Origin: Treponema sp. UBA4307
GTDB taxonomy: Bacteria > Spirochaetota > Spirochaetia > Treponematales > Treponemataceae
Length of the DNA: 64,000 nucleotides
Direction of reading: 5' to 3'
Assembly (NCBI GenBank): GCA_002394685.1
Contig: DGUP01000053.1
Coordinates: forward strand, 14,767 to 78,766
Shown: positions 8,827-19,117 of the stretch, in pieces
Position numbering within the stretch: position 1 is the stretch's first letter
Layout: each line of letters opens with the position of its first letter
The notes under the pieces: generated by a model
What the model was told of the DNA's origin: nothing
Databases searched by the model: none
What the model saw: only the letters and a program-made list of their open reading frames with translations
Made by a program: the position numbers and the translations under genes

Positions 8827-11031
8827 ATGAAGAAAACAACCTTTTATGATAAGACTCTTACACGAGAGTTGTCTTTTAGTATTGGTGCAGTACTTATTGT
8901 ACTTCTGGTGGCTCTTGGCTTATTTCTTGCATTAAGAGTTAACAAAGGTTTCAGAAGTATATCTGATGATTATCTTAATCAGGTCAGTGAATATTATTCT
9001 TCTTCTACAGAAAAGATTCTTGAAGGCGAATTCAAAATAGGAACCACATTAAAGGCTGCCATGGAATGTTTTGAAGAAATCGAGCCTGAAAATCGACGTG
9101 ACTATTTAAATAATTTTTTAAGACAGACCCTTGAAGAAAATCCTAATCTTGTAGATACCTGGTGTGTCTGGGAGCCGAATGCACTGGATGGAATGGATGC
9201 CAGATATGCAACTCATGACGGACAAACTGCTCCTGATACAGATCAGTCAGGACGCTTTATTCCATACTGGACACAGGTGGGTTCAACAATTGACTGTACT
9301 GCACTTACTGAATATGAAGAGGGCAGCTGGTACGTTGATCCATTTAATAATGATAAAGGTATTCTCATAGACCCTAACCTTTATGAAGTTGGTGGAAAAA
9401 TGATGTGGGTTTGCGGTGCAGCTTTTCCAATCAAAGATAAGAATGGAAAGTCTATCGGTGTAGTTGGACTTGATATGTCTCTGGACACTTTGACTAACAT
9501 GCTGAGATCTGCTGAACTTTATAAGAGTGGATATCTTTCCTTGATTTCAAATACAGGTCTTACTGCTGTTGATAAGGATATAAATCTGGAAGGTCAGACT
9601 TACACTTATTATGATGACAAAACATACGGTGACTTCTTTAAGAAAGCCCGGTCTTCCCTTCAGTCTCAGACTTTCTCCACAGCAGACGGATATATTCATA
9701 TTGTAAATCCAATTCAGGTTGCCGGAGCAGATGAAATCTGGTACTTGGGAGCAAATGTTCCTTCTTCAGAAGTAAATCGTCCTATAAAGGATATTGTAAC
9801 AATCGTAATCATAGGATTTGTAATTACAACAGTCGTTCTTTATGTACTTACATTCCTCTTTGTTTCAATCATGTCTTCTTCCCTTAAACGGGGAGTTGCC
9901 GCACTTAAAAATATTGCTCAGGGTGATGGAGACCTTACAGTTCGTGTTGAAGCAAAAAAGGACAACGAACTTGGCCAGATGTACACTTACTTCAACGAAA
10001 CAATGGAAAAGCTTCAGAATTCAATTGGAAAGGTAAAAACTGAATCTGAGTCTATGGAACAGACTGGTATTATGCTTACTGAAAATATGAATACTACTGC
10101 GGCTGCTGCAAATCAGGTAACTGCAAATATTGAAAGCGTTAATCAGGAAGTAAAGAAACAGGCTGGCAATGTAAAGAGTGCAAACGATTCAGTTGAAGAA
10201 ATCAATGAACAGGTTAAGAAACTCGTTGGCAGCATAGAATCTCAAAGTTCCAGCGTAGTTGAATCTTCTTCTGCAATTGAACAGATGGTTGCAAATATTC
10301 GTTCTGTAACCAACATTCTTAAGGCTAACAGTGAAACTATTGAAAGCCTTGAAAAATCTTCTGAAGCTGGTAGAGAAAATATCGCTTCAAGTGTTGATGC
10401 TACAGAAAAAATTCGTGAGCAGTCAAAAACACTGCTGGAAGCTTCAAGCGTTATTCAGAATATTGCCGAACAAACAAACCTGCTGGCTATGAATGCAGCA
10501 ATTGAAGCGGCACATGCGGGGGAGGCTGGAAAGGGCTTCTCTGTTGTTGCAGATGAAATTCGTAAACTTGCAGAAGATTCAAATACTCAGGGTAAGAAAA
10601 TTACAGAAAATCTTAATGAAGTACTTTCAAGTATTGAAGATGTTACAAATTCTACAATGCAGATGCAGACTCAGTTCGGCGAAATTTATGAGCTGACACA
10701 AAAAGTTTCTCAGCAGGAACTTACGATTATGCATGCAATGCAAGAACAGTCAGAAGGTGGTGGACAGGTACTTCAGGCAATGAAGGAAATTAATGACATT
10801 ACAATGAATGTTAGAAATGGCAGTGAAGCAATGCAGGCCGCTACAGATAATGTTAATAAGGAAATGGATGTACTCACCCGTATTACTGATGAAATTACTT
10901 CAAGTATGGAAGAGATGGCTTTTGGTCTTGCTGATATTAACAACAGCATCAATCATGTTAATGATGAGACCCACAACCTTAAAGACAGTATCCAGAGTCT
11001 GACTGCAGTTGTTAATACATTCAAGGTATAA
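8827..11031 (+). CDS. Methyl-accepting chemotaxis protein (Cache-type sensor, HAMP, MA domain)
   Basis: Two TM segments, periplasmic sensor, [34 protein letters not shown]. Confidence 0.93.
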   Translation: MKKTTFYDKTLTRELSFSIGAVLIVLLVALGLFLALRVNKGFRSISDDYLNQVSEYYSSSTEKILEGEFKIGTTLKAAMECFEEIEPENRRDYLNNFLRQTLEENPNLVDTWCVWEPNALDGMDARYATHDGQTAPDTDQSGRFIPYWTQVGSTIDCTALTEYEEGSWYVDPFNNDKGILIDPNLYEVGGKMMWVCGAAFPIKDKNGKSIGVVGLDMSLDTLTNMLRSAELYKSGYLSLISNTGLTAVDKDINLEGQTYTYYDDKTYGDFFKKARSSLQSQTFSTADGYIHIVNPIQVAGADEIWYLGANVPSSEVNRPIKDIVTIVIIGFVITTVVLYVLTFLFVSIMSSSLKRGVAALKNIAQGDGDLTVRVEAKKDNELGQMYTYFNETMEKLQNSIGKVKTESESMEQTGIMLTENMNTTAAAANQVTANIESVNQEVKKQAGNVKSANDSVEEINEQVKKLVGSIESQSSSVVESSSAIEQMVANIRSVTNILKANSETIESLEKSSEAGRENIASSVDATEKIREQSKTLLEASSVIQNIAEQTNLLAMNAAIEAAHAGEAGKGFSVVADEIRKLAEDSNTQGKKITENLNEVLSSIEDVTNSTMQMQTQFGEIYELTQKVSQQELTIMHAMQEQSEGGGQVLQAMKEINDITMNVRNGSEAMQAATDNVNKEMDVLTRITDEITSSMEEMAFGLADINNSINHVNDETHNLKDSIQSLTAVVNTFKV

Positions 11032-11099
11032 AAACAGTAAGCTGATTAACAGACACTTTGCATAAGTTCACATGCAGTATAGATGAGGGAGTAAATTGA

Positions 11100-11450
11100 A
11101 TGAAGAGCGAACAAGAAATTTTTGTTGAAAATATGAAATATTACCGCAATCTAAATGATATGTCTCAGCAAGAATTGGCAAAACTCTGCAATGTGTCTGT
11201 TGGAACTATAGGAAATATTGAAAGTTACATTTCAAAACCGTCGTTTGATATGATTATCAATATTTCAAGACAGTTAAACATCTCTCCGGACTACCTTTTT
11301 AGAGATAGAAGTAAAAAAGATGAAATGCCACTCTTAGATGTTCAAAAGAAAAAAATATTAAATATTCTGGAAGATAAATTACGTACCCGCATAAATGAAT
11401 CATTAGCAGACAGTTGCCATCAGATAAAGATTCTTTTAGATGGTGAATAA
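11100..11450 (+). CDS. XRE-family helix-turn-helix regulator
   Basis: MSQQELAKLCNVSVGTIGNIE...PSFDMIINISRQL (HTH_3 pattern). Confidence 0.85.
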   Translation: MKSEQEIFVENMKYYRNLNDMSQQELAKLCNVSVGTIGNIESYISKPSFDMIINISRQLNISPDYLFRDRSKKDEMPLLDVQKKKILNILEDKLRTRINESLADSCHQIKILLDGE

Positions 11451-11465
11451 TTCCTTTAGATAAAA

Positions 11466-11558
11466 CTAATATATTTGTAAAGTCCACAAAAATTGACTGA
11501 CTTGTTTTCCATCGTCAGTAATTTCGATGAAATCAGAATTTTCTAATAATGTCTTCAT
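11466..11558 (-). CDS. 30-aa small peptide MKTLLENSDFIEITDDGKQVSQFLWTLQIY (not in ORF track)
   Basis: GGAGG 5 nt before ATG 11558; promoter TTGAAA(11647-11642)-N17-TATACT(11624-11619); stop TAG at 11468-11466. Confidence 0.55.
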   Translation of the reverse strand: MKTLLENSDFIEITDDGKQVSQFLWTLQIY

Positions 11559-11719
11559 TTTTACCTCCGTACATTATTTTTAACTGTGTAAACATATTGA
11601 TATTTCTCACCTATATTGAGTATACTATACCTACAAGATTTTTTCAATTCTTATCTGTTAAAATTGCTTTTATAGATTTAACATAATAAAAGGATATATA
11701 AAAATAGGAAGGTAAAAAA

Positions 11720-13324
11720 ATGATTAAAAAACTTAAACTCGTATTCCTCATAATGTTTTCTAGTTCACTGCTTTTTCTCAGCTGTAAAAATAAAGTTCCT
11801 GCTGCCTCACAGCAAATGGTACTGCCTGTTGAAGTGACTTCATCCATGAATGGTTCTTATGTAATGTTAAATATCAACGGCTACATGTATGCCTTTCTTT
11901 TAGATTTAGGGCTTGAAAAGAATTATATCGATGAACATACAGCTTACGTCATTAACAATTATAAAAAACAGAAAGACAAAACTTTCCGCATAAACTCCTT
12001 AAACTGGGGTGCATATACTTTTAATAACATTGACTTCGTTATTAATAACACATTATCTTTAGACAGTTTTTATGCCGGAATATTAGGACAGGATTTTTTC
12101 AAATCATTTGACTTTCTGACACTGGACCTGTCTACAAATCGGCTTATCCTTAATGAAAGTATTTCAAGTAAAAATTTTATAAAATATAGACTTAATAATT
12201 ATACCGTCTCTTTCAAGCAAAAGAATATCAATATGGGGTTAGCAACTCTTACATTACCTAACATGTATTCAGACTCCCTTCAAAGTTTTCCAGAAACAGA
12301 TCTGGATGTGAACATAAGTAATCCAATTCCATATTCCCAGTCAGAGCTTTACACTTTATTTCCTGTTTATTTTAAGGGTAAGGATGCTCTGCTTGGCTTT
12401 GATGCACTGATGGAAAATACAGTGTCGTTCGACTTGAAAAACAAAAAGTTTGCTTTTAACAAATCAAATAATACTGAACCTTTACCATTTCGAAATCCCG
12501 GCGAAAAAATGTCTGTTTCTGAAAAAATAATAAAATCAGACATTAACTTGCCTGAAACAATAGAGATACCTTTACAAATCAAAAATAACGGAATGTATAT
12601 TAATATTCCCTTTGATGACAAAGAACTCTCCTTTATGCTTGATACTGGAGCCCCACAAAATTTGATTTTTAAGGAAGGATTATATAAAACTCACATCAAA
12701 ACAAATGATAATGAACATTCGTTTAAGGTATGTACACCGTCTTACATAATTAATGATACAAAAATGGATGAAATAGAACTAATACTCTATGACGCTAAAC
12801 AGGGGCTTAAAAACGATGGTTTACTTGGAATGGTTTTTCTTACTTCTTACCCCGAATATGCCTACGTACAGATTAATTATCCAGAAAAGGTTCTCAGATT
12901 TACAAATAAAAAACCATCCGGACAGGAAGTTCCTATTGAATCAAAAAATCATATTTATTGTAATGTAGAAGTAAATGGTAAAATATACAAAGCACTAATA
13001 GACTCCGGTTTTATCGGAGCCTCCTATATTGTTGATTGTTCAGATAAGGAACTTTTTTCTGAACAACAAAGTCAATCAGCATATAGCTTATATAATCGTA
13101 TCACCGAATCTTTTCCTTACACAAATAATCTTCCAGTAACAATTGGAAATAAAAAAATTCAAATCCCATGTTATAACTCTTCTAAAGAACACATAAACAG
13201 TTTAATTCCAAATTTCTTAACAGTTGACAATATAGGAAATGTTAGCATGGTTTTGTGCATAGACCTTTTTACTAAAAATATAGTTACCTTCGATTTTAAG
13301 AACTCACTTATGTGGATTGAATAA
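11720..13324 (+). CDS. Lipoprotein with four tandem retropepsin-like (aspartyl protease) lobes
   Basis: Lipobox FLSC; LLDLG, FMLDTGA and ALIDSG motifs, with downstream ILG/LLG motifs; visibly AT-rich. Confidence 0.75.
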   Translation: MIKKLKLVFLIMFSSSLLFLSCKNKVPAASQQMVLPVEVTSSMNGSYVMLNINGYMYAFLLDLGLEKNYIDEHTAYVINNYKKQKDKTFRINSLNWGAYTFNNIDFVINNTLSLDSFYAGILGQDFFKSFDFLTLDLSTNRLILNESISSKNFIKYRLNNYTVSFKQKNINMGLATLTLPNMYSDSLQSFPETDLDVNISNPIPYSQSELYTLFPVYFKGKDALLGFDALMENTVSFDLKNKKFAFNKSNNTEPLPFRNPGEKMSVSEKIIKSDINLPETIEIPLQIKNNGMYINIPFDDKELSFMLDTGAPQNLIFKEGLYKTHIKTNDNEHSFKVCTPSYIINDTKMDEIELILYDAKQGLKNDGLLGMVFLTSYPEYAYVQINYPEKVLRFTNKKPSGQEVPIESKNHIYCNVEVNGKIYKALIDSGFIGASYIVDCSDKELFSEQQSQSAYSLYNRITESFPYTNNLPVTIGNKKIQIPCYNSSKEHINSLIPNFLTVDNIGNVSMVLCIDLFTKNIVTFDFKNSLMWIE

Positions 13325-13439
13325 AACGAAGACTTGATAATCAAGTTTGTCTGGATTTTGAAACAATTCTACTTAAGAATGGTATTAAACCAAAATCATT
13401 TGAGTCTGTTAAAATATACGGTTAACTTTTCCAATCTTC

Positions 13440-13958
13440 TCACCTGACCCACTGATAAGCCATGCGCTTCCATAGTTCAGGGGGAAGATCAGTGTGGGCT
13501 TCGGTGTTGATGATTCCGCAGTATTTAAAGCCGTTCTTTTCAATCAGGTGCTGCATGATTTTGTTGTCTTTGAAGGTATCTATTCTGATATTTGTATACT
13601 GCTCTTTTACAAAATCTATGGCGGCGTTAAAAATGCCTTTTATCTGTCCATCACTTGCAAGCCTGTGGATGGTAACGTAGGGATCATCATTAATCCAGAC
13701 GCCATCAATTTCCTCATAAGTTGATTCAATCCCAAAAATCATTGTGAAAACTCCGTGGACTTTTCCCTGGCTCTCTAACACATAAAGATTATTGTTTCTT
13801 AAATCTCTTTCAATGTAATCAAGTGAAGGATAGCCTTCTTCCCACTGTTTAGGATTGCCTGTTTTTTTCATAAATTCTTTGGCAACTACATAGATTGAAG
13901 CGATTGTTTCTGTGTCGGATTCTACTGCCGGACGAATAAGAATTTTTTTTGTGTACAT
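13440..13958 (-). CDS. GNAT N-acetyltransferase
   Basis: IHRLAS, NIRIDT, NKIMQHLIEKNGFKYCG. Confidence 0.85.
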   Translation of the reverse strand: MYTKKILIRPAVESDTETIASIYVVAKEFMKKTGNPKQWEEGYPSLDYIERDLRNNNLYVLESQGKVHGVFTMIFGIESTYEEIDGVWINDDPYVTIHRLASDGQIKGIFNAAIDFVKEQYTNIRIDTFKDNKIMQHLIEKNGFKYCGIINTEAHTDLPPELWKRMAYQWVR

Positions 13959-14085
13959 TTTTTCCTCTAATAAATATTTTGCCTTTTATAGATTTTTGAG
14001 GAGTGTACAGTATTGTTAAAAAAAATAAAAGGCGCCTGCTTTTACAGACGCCTTCCGGCAGAGAAATTACTTTCCTCTTACCAGA

Positions 14086-14517
14086 CTAGATGAAAGTAAT
14101 CTTACAGTTCCCGCTTTCCAGTTTCTGGATAAGCATTTCCCTCTCGGCTATATTACCGAGTTTTGCTCCTCTGGCAATCCATTGTGAATAATCATTCTGC
14201 CCAAGGAACATTACGATTCTGTTGTTGGCGTCAAGAAAAACATCTCCAGGCTGAATAGTGTGATCCTTCTTAAACTTTTCCGGATCAACCTGGATAGTTT
14301 CTGCCATATCAACAAAATACACTCCATCCATTGAATAAACATCTTTTGAATAAAAGGTCACAGTCTGGTGCTGTGGCAGATCAATGTTTTCAATTGTGAT
14401 GGCAGCTAAAGGAATGTCAGATTTAGCTGAATCTGCTTGTGAACTGACGCAGCCTACAAAAACAAGTGCTGCGGCGACCAATGACAAAAAAGTCATTACT
14501 TTCAGTGTCTGTTTCAT
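14086..14517 (-). CDS. Lipoprotein, possible cyclophilin-like fold
   Basis: Lipobox FVGC; IQPGDVFLDANNRIVMF resembles cyclophilin-like fold proteins. Confidence 0.55.
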   Translation of the reverse strand: MKQTLKVMTFLSLVAAALVFVGCVSSQADSAKSDIPLAAITIENIDLPQHQTVTFYSKDVYSMDGVYFVDMAETIQVDPEKFKKDHTIQPGDVFLDANNRIVMFLGQNDYSQWIARGAKLGNIAEREMLIQKLESGNCKITFI

Positions 14518-14833
14518 TTTGTTTCCTTCTCTGCATAAAATTCTGATAATAATCTGGACACAAAAGACACTTTTTATAATGGTATAGGAGGTATTGAAGT
14601 GAGGGTTTATAGTAAGACCATTAAATGCAGAATAAAACTCTAACTCCGATATTCCTACTATAATGCATATGGTATGGAAAATCTAATTTCTGCGGGCATA
14701 ATTATATTATTTATTTGTTATATTTTATAAGTTTTCCGTACAAAATAGCAGAAGCCCCTCTAAAAGTGTAAAATATAATAAAGGTCATCTCGAAAAAGAG
14801 AAGCTTTTTTTGATGTTCCTTTGGGGAGAGAAT

Positions 14834-15301
14834 ATGAAAAAAATTATTGCTTTTTTATTTATTGCGCTTACATTTTCAACTTTAGCATTTGCACAATCTT
14901 CTGTGGAACTTAAGGAAGATTCCTCTGCAAGTATTCGTGAATATCAACTTAAAAACAGCCTGCTGGGATTTGGTACAGGTTCCAGACTGCAGGGGGATTT
15001 AGAATCTGCAAAAAAACTTCTGACTTTTGATATTGCAGGAATCTCTCTTATGACAGTTGGAACTATTTCAATGGTGGCTACTGATTTTACGTATAAATTT
15101 TTAAAGGCTTACGTAGGAGAGCTTTCAAAAGCTGACTACTGGATTTCAGGTTCCATAATCGGTGCAGGTGTTGTTGTTTTTATAACTGGAAGGGTATTCG
15201 GCTGGGTTTTACCTGAAAAATTTGAAGTGTCAGAAAATGCAGAAATTTCTTTGACAACCTATCAGGGAAATCCTGCTTTACAACTGCAGGTGAGATGGTA
15301 A
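14834..15301 (+). CDS. Borrelia P13-like membrane protein
   Basis: Signal peptide; NSLLGFGTGSRLQGD resembles the P13 LGFGIGSFxQGD motif; GRVFGWVLP; start refined to ATG 14834. Confidence 0.55.
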   Translation: MKKIIAFLFIALTFSTLAFAQSSVELKEDSSASIREYQLKNSLLGFGTGSRLQGDLESAKKLLTFDIAGISLMTVGTISMVATDFTYKFLKAYVGELSKADYWISGSIIGAGVVVFITGRVFGWVLPEKFEVSENAEISLTTYQGNPALQLQVRW

Positions 15302-15322
15302 ATGGTACAGACAGGAGGATTT

Positions 15323-16306
15323 ATGAAAAGACTTTTTCCTTTGATTTTTATTACGGTATTTTTTCTTACAAGCTGTGTTGCTTATATTGATTCCAAAAAC
15401 AGAAAGGCCGAAAGTCAGGCAGAATTTAAGGTCACATGGAATTCCAGTGTTGGAAATAAAATTTCAAATCTTGAATATGATAAAGGCACTTACAATAAGT
15501 ACGATTTATATCTTCCAGCTGATTCTACCACGGAGCAGGCAAAACATCTTATTATGTTTACCCATGGAGGTGGATGGACCGGGGGTAGCAAGGATTCTGG
15601 AGAACTCTATTGTAAATACTTTACTTCCAAAGGTTATGTAACCGCTTCAATTGATTATACTTTGTGGGATGGAACTCACACTCCTTCAATCGCCTCTCTG
15701 AATGACGAACTTCTGGCGGCTGTGACTGCAATTAAAATCAAGTGTTCCGAAAAAGGTTTTGAATTGATGGATATGGCAACTTTTGGTTACAGTGCGGGTG
15801 CTTGTCAAAGTCTTCTCTATTCTTTTACTCATAAGGATGATTCTCCTCTTCCTGTAAAATTCTGCATGGACTGGTCAGGGCCTGTTACATTTGATCCAGC
15901 CTACTGGTCTGTGGAGGCGGGAATCTACGAACCGGAACTTGGGCTTCTTGGATTAAAACATGGCAGTGATTCAGAGATTGCGGCTTTTGTTGAAAAGTTC
16001 AGCGGGCAGAATGTTACTGTTGAAGATGTAAAGTCTGGTGCTGCAGAAGCTGTATGGAATTCAATTTCCCCAGTCTTTTATGTTAAAGAAAACTGGGTTC
16101 CTGTAATTCAGTGTTACGGTGTTTACGATGGAATTGTGCCTGTAGGTCAGCAGAAACTTTTTACGACTGTTCTTGAAGAAAATGAAGTTCCCCATAACAC
16201 TGTAGTTTTTCCACACTCTGGTCATGGCCTGCATTGCGACATAGACAAGATCAGAGTGTTTAAAAAACTTGCTGACCAGTACTGCCAGCAGTATTTTGGA
16301 ATCTAG
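15323..16306 (+). CDS. Alpha/beta hydrolase lipoprotein (carboxylesterase-like)
   Basis: Lipobox LTSC, HGGGW, GYSAG, D..VP and HSGHG; AGGAGG RBS before 15323. Confidence 0.85.
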   Translation: MKRLFPLIFITVFFLTSCVAYIDSKNRKAESQAEFKVTWNSSVGNKISNLEYDKGTYNKYDLYLPADSTTEQAKHLIMFTHGGGWTGGSKDSGELYCKYFTSKGYVTASIDYTLWDGTHTPSIASLNDELLAAVTAIKIKCSEKGFELMDMATFGYSAGACQSLLYSFTHKDDSPLPVKFCMDWSGPVTFDPAYWSVEAGIYEPELGLLGLKHGSDSEIAAFVEKFSGQNVTVEDVKSGAAEAVWNSISPVFYVKENWVPVIQCYGVYDGIVPVGQQKLFTTVLEENEVPHNTVVFPHSGHGLHCDIDKIRVFKKLADQYCQQYFGI

Positions 16307-16307
16307 G

Positions 16308-18194
16308 TTAAAGAGTAAACTTCTTCATTTCAGAATCAATTCCTGCAATAGCAAAGCGGTTTTTCTCTGAAGACATATTTACCTGTTTTACAACTGTGAC
16401 GATTTTTTCAGAGGCATTTTCCATTTCGCTTATTGCTGAATTAATTTCCTGATTTGCCTGATCCAGGGCCTGCATCTGGTTAACAACCATTTGTCCTCCG
16501 TCCCGCATTTCCTGGGCATCATTTTTAACGTCGATTGTTGTAGAATCAATATGGCGCATTGCTTCCAGAATCTGGGTGCTTCCCGCACTCTGCTGCAGCA
16601 TTGCATTGCGGACAGTTTCTTCCTGATCATTTACAACTTTTGACAGGTTAGCCATAATTTCAAACTGCCCCTGAACCAGGCGGGTACTTTCACTTACGCT
16701 GTTAATGACATCCTGAATTTTCTGAAGACTGTCTGAAATATGTTTTCCCTGTTCGTCACTCTGGATTGCAAGCTTACGAATTTCATCTGCAACAACAGAA
16801 AATCCTCTTCCTGCTTCTCCTGCATGAGCTGCTTCAATGGCGGCATTCATAGCCAGCAGGTTAGTCTGACTTGCAATGTCCTGAATTACAGTTGAAGCCT
16901 CAATCAAGCCCTGGCTTTCATCAAGAATTTTACTTGCGTAATTAACGGCCTGCTCAACTCTTTCGTAGCCCAGGTCGTATGCTTTTGAAAGCTGTTCAGA
17001 AGTTACGCTGTTCTTTTCCAGAATATCTGTAACGTCTTTAATATTTGTAACCATCTGCCTTACAGCAGCCGCACTTTCTTCTACGCTGGAACTTTGAGCC
17101 TGAATGCTGCAGTTAAGCTTTTCAATATTCTGCATGATATTGTTTGTAGCGTTTCTTGCAGTTTCTACATTTCCGGACTGATTTTTAATCTTTATATTTA
17201 CTGAAGAAATGTTTTCAAGAATTTCCCTGATTTCCTGGTCAGTTTTCTGCATATTATCTTCCAGTTCATTACTTACCTGAACTGTTGAACTGATATTTTG
17301 ATTTACTCCTGAAAGCAGTTTTTTGTTATTATCAAAGAAATCATTGAGATTATTGATGACCATACCAAACTGATCACGGTTTTCTACAGGAAGTTTTTCT
17401 CCGGTGTAGTCCCCCTTTGCCAGAAGACGACTCATATCACCAATTTTCTTAATGCTTTTAAGAAGTGATTTCATCTGAACTGCAACAGCAAATCCTGCAC
17501 AGAAAAGACCTGAGAGCATATGAGGAATCCAGGTAATGACAAATTTGATTGCAAAAGCATCTTTGTTGTCAAAAAATTTATCCCCGTAAGCTCCGTAAGT
17601 TGTAACGATTGAAAGCATTACTCCGGCAAAAATACCCCAGATAAGTACAATCATTGTTACAGTCAGGCGGGCAGTAATTCCCATTGATATATCACCATCC
17701 TTAAGTGGCAGAAATGAAAGCCATTTAGAATAGCGGTCAATCCACAAGGAATAAAAGAAAATGCTCACAAGACATGTAGCACTTACACTGGTATAAATGA
17801 CTCTCCATATTGACCCCTGTGCACCTGTAAGAGCAAAGGTCAGGTTAATTACACCTGGATAAATGAATCCTACCAGAATTGGTGTAATCATATTAAAGAA
17901 CATCTGGCTTTTGTATGCGCGGGTACATTCTTTCTGAGAAAGTTCGCTGCCGTCATAGTTTCGGATTTTTTTTTCCAGAGAGTGATTAACAAAAAAAATT
18001 CCCAGAATATAAATCAATATAAAAGTAAGTACCGGGATGGAAAAATAGACTTTGATTCTATCTTGTGTGGAATTATAAATGCTTGAATTGATAATTGAAA
18101 AACTCAGTCCGTAAATAAATGGAGCAACGTAAATCATCCAGCATAAAATACTTGTAAGCACTGGAGGACGGTTGCGTAAAGAATCCTGTCCCAT
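16308..18194 (-). CDS. Methyl-accepting chemotaxis protein with multi-TM N-terminus
   Basis: Several TM helices, HAMP-like region, [34 protein letters not shown]. Confidence 0.92.
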   Translation of the reverse strand: MGQDSLRNRPPVLTSILCWMIYVAPFIYGLSFSIINSSIYNSTQDRIKVYFSIPVLTFILIYILGIFFVNHSLEKKIRNYDGSELSQKECTRAYKSQMFFNMITPILVGFIYPGVINLTFALTGAQGSIWRVIYTSVSATCLVSIFFYSLWIDRYSKWLSFLPLKDGDISMGITARLTVTMIVLIWGIFAGVMLSIVTTYGAYGDKFFDNKDAFAIKFVITWIPHMLSGLFCAGFAVAVQMKSLLKSIKKIGDMSRLLAKGDYTGEKLPVENRDQFGMVINNLNDFFDNNKKLLSGVNQNISSTVQVSNELEDNMQKTDQEIREILENISSVNIKIKNQSGNVETARNATNNIMQNIEKLNCSIQAQSSSVEESAAAVRQMVTNIKDVTDILEKNSVTSEQLSKAYDLGYERVEQAVNYASKILDESQGLIEASTVIQDIASQTNLLAMNAAIEAAHAGEAGRGFSVVADEIRKLAIQSDEQGKHISDSLQKIQDVINSVSESTRLVQGQFEIMANLSKVVNDQEETVRNAMLQQSAGSTQILEAMRHIDSTTIDVKNDAQEMRDGGQMVVNQMQALDQANQEINSAISEMENASEKIVTVVKQVNMSSEKNRFAIAGIDSEMKKFTL

Positions 18195-18308
18195 AGTGAA
18201 CTCCTGTTATTTCGAACAGGAAGATAATATTATAATTTTTATTTTTTACCAAGTAGATTTGATTTTTTTTATCTGTAAGTTATACTATTAAAAAAGTGGA
18301 GTTTAGAT

Positions 18309-19037
18309 ATGTTAAAATCATCTTATTTAAGAATTAGAAATTTTCTTGGACTTTTAGGCTGCCTGCTTCCAGTTCTGTGTGTGGCTGGAGCTGCCTTTTC
18401 TCCCAACACGGCAAACAAGGGCTGGTGGTATTCTATCAGCGTTACTTATTATTCAAGTCCTATGTTAACCGGGGTACTGGCTGCAGTGGGGCTTTTTCTG
18501 ATTGTATACCGCAGTTACGAGGCAGTTGATACTGTGATTAATACAATTGCCGGTTTCTTTGCCCTTTGTGTTGTCTGCTTTCCATGTGAATGTTCCTGGC
18601 TTCCTGAAACAACCCGGGTCGGACTTTTCTGGCTGCCTATCTACATTACAAAATGGGTTCACTATGCAACCGCTTTTCTCCTTTTCCTTCTGCTGGCAAT
18701 AAATTCCCTCTGGCTTTTTGCAAAAGGAAAGAATCCTGTTAAAAATAAAATTTACAAAATCTGCGGCTGGACTATGATAGGAGCTTTGCTTTGCTTTGGT
18801 CTTAATATGGTCTGGTGGAAAGTTGAACCAATGATTATTTTCTGGGAAACAGTGATGCTCCTGGCATTTGGTTTCAGCTGGCTGGTTAAGGGTCATTGCT
18901 TTGATAAGTGGTTCGGTAGATTGAATAAGATTCGCAAACAGGTTGTTAAAAATATTGAAATTCAGAATGAAAAGGAGTCTGAAAATTCTTCTGAAAATCA
19001 ATCTGAAAACTCATCGGAAAATCCTGAGGAAATTTAA
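18309..19037 (+). CDS. DUF998-like integral membrane protein
   Basis: SISxTYY, VHYATAFLLF, multiple TM helices; C-terminal SENx repeats. Confidence 0.6.
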   Translation: MLKSSYLRIRNFLGLLGCLLPVLCVAGAAFSPNTANKGWWYSISVTYYSSPMLTGVLAAVGLFLIVYRSYEAVDTVINTIAGFFALCVVCFPCECSWLPETTRVGLFWLPIYITKWVHYATAFLLFLLLAINSLWLFAKGKNPVKNKIYKICGWTMIGALLCFGLNMVWWKVEPMIIFWETVMLLAFGFSWLVKGHCFDKWFGRLNKIRKQVVKNIEIQNEKESENSSENQSENSSENPEEI

Positions 19038-19117
19038 ATAAAACCTTCCATTCTGTCCATATACATTTGGCCTTTAAATCTTTATAATAACTTATCCTAG
19101 CATTTAGAGGTTGTTAT

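Noticed and set aside
13325-13425. Short open frame after the protease (…LDFETILLKNGIKPKSFESVKIYG*)
   Set aside because: There is no start or RBS. It may be a gene remnant but is too short to assign.
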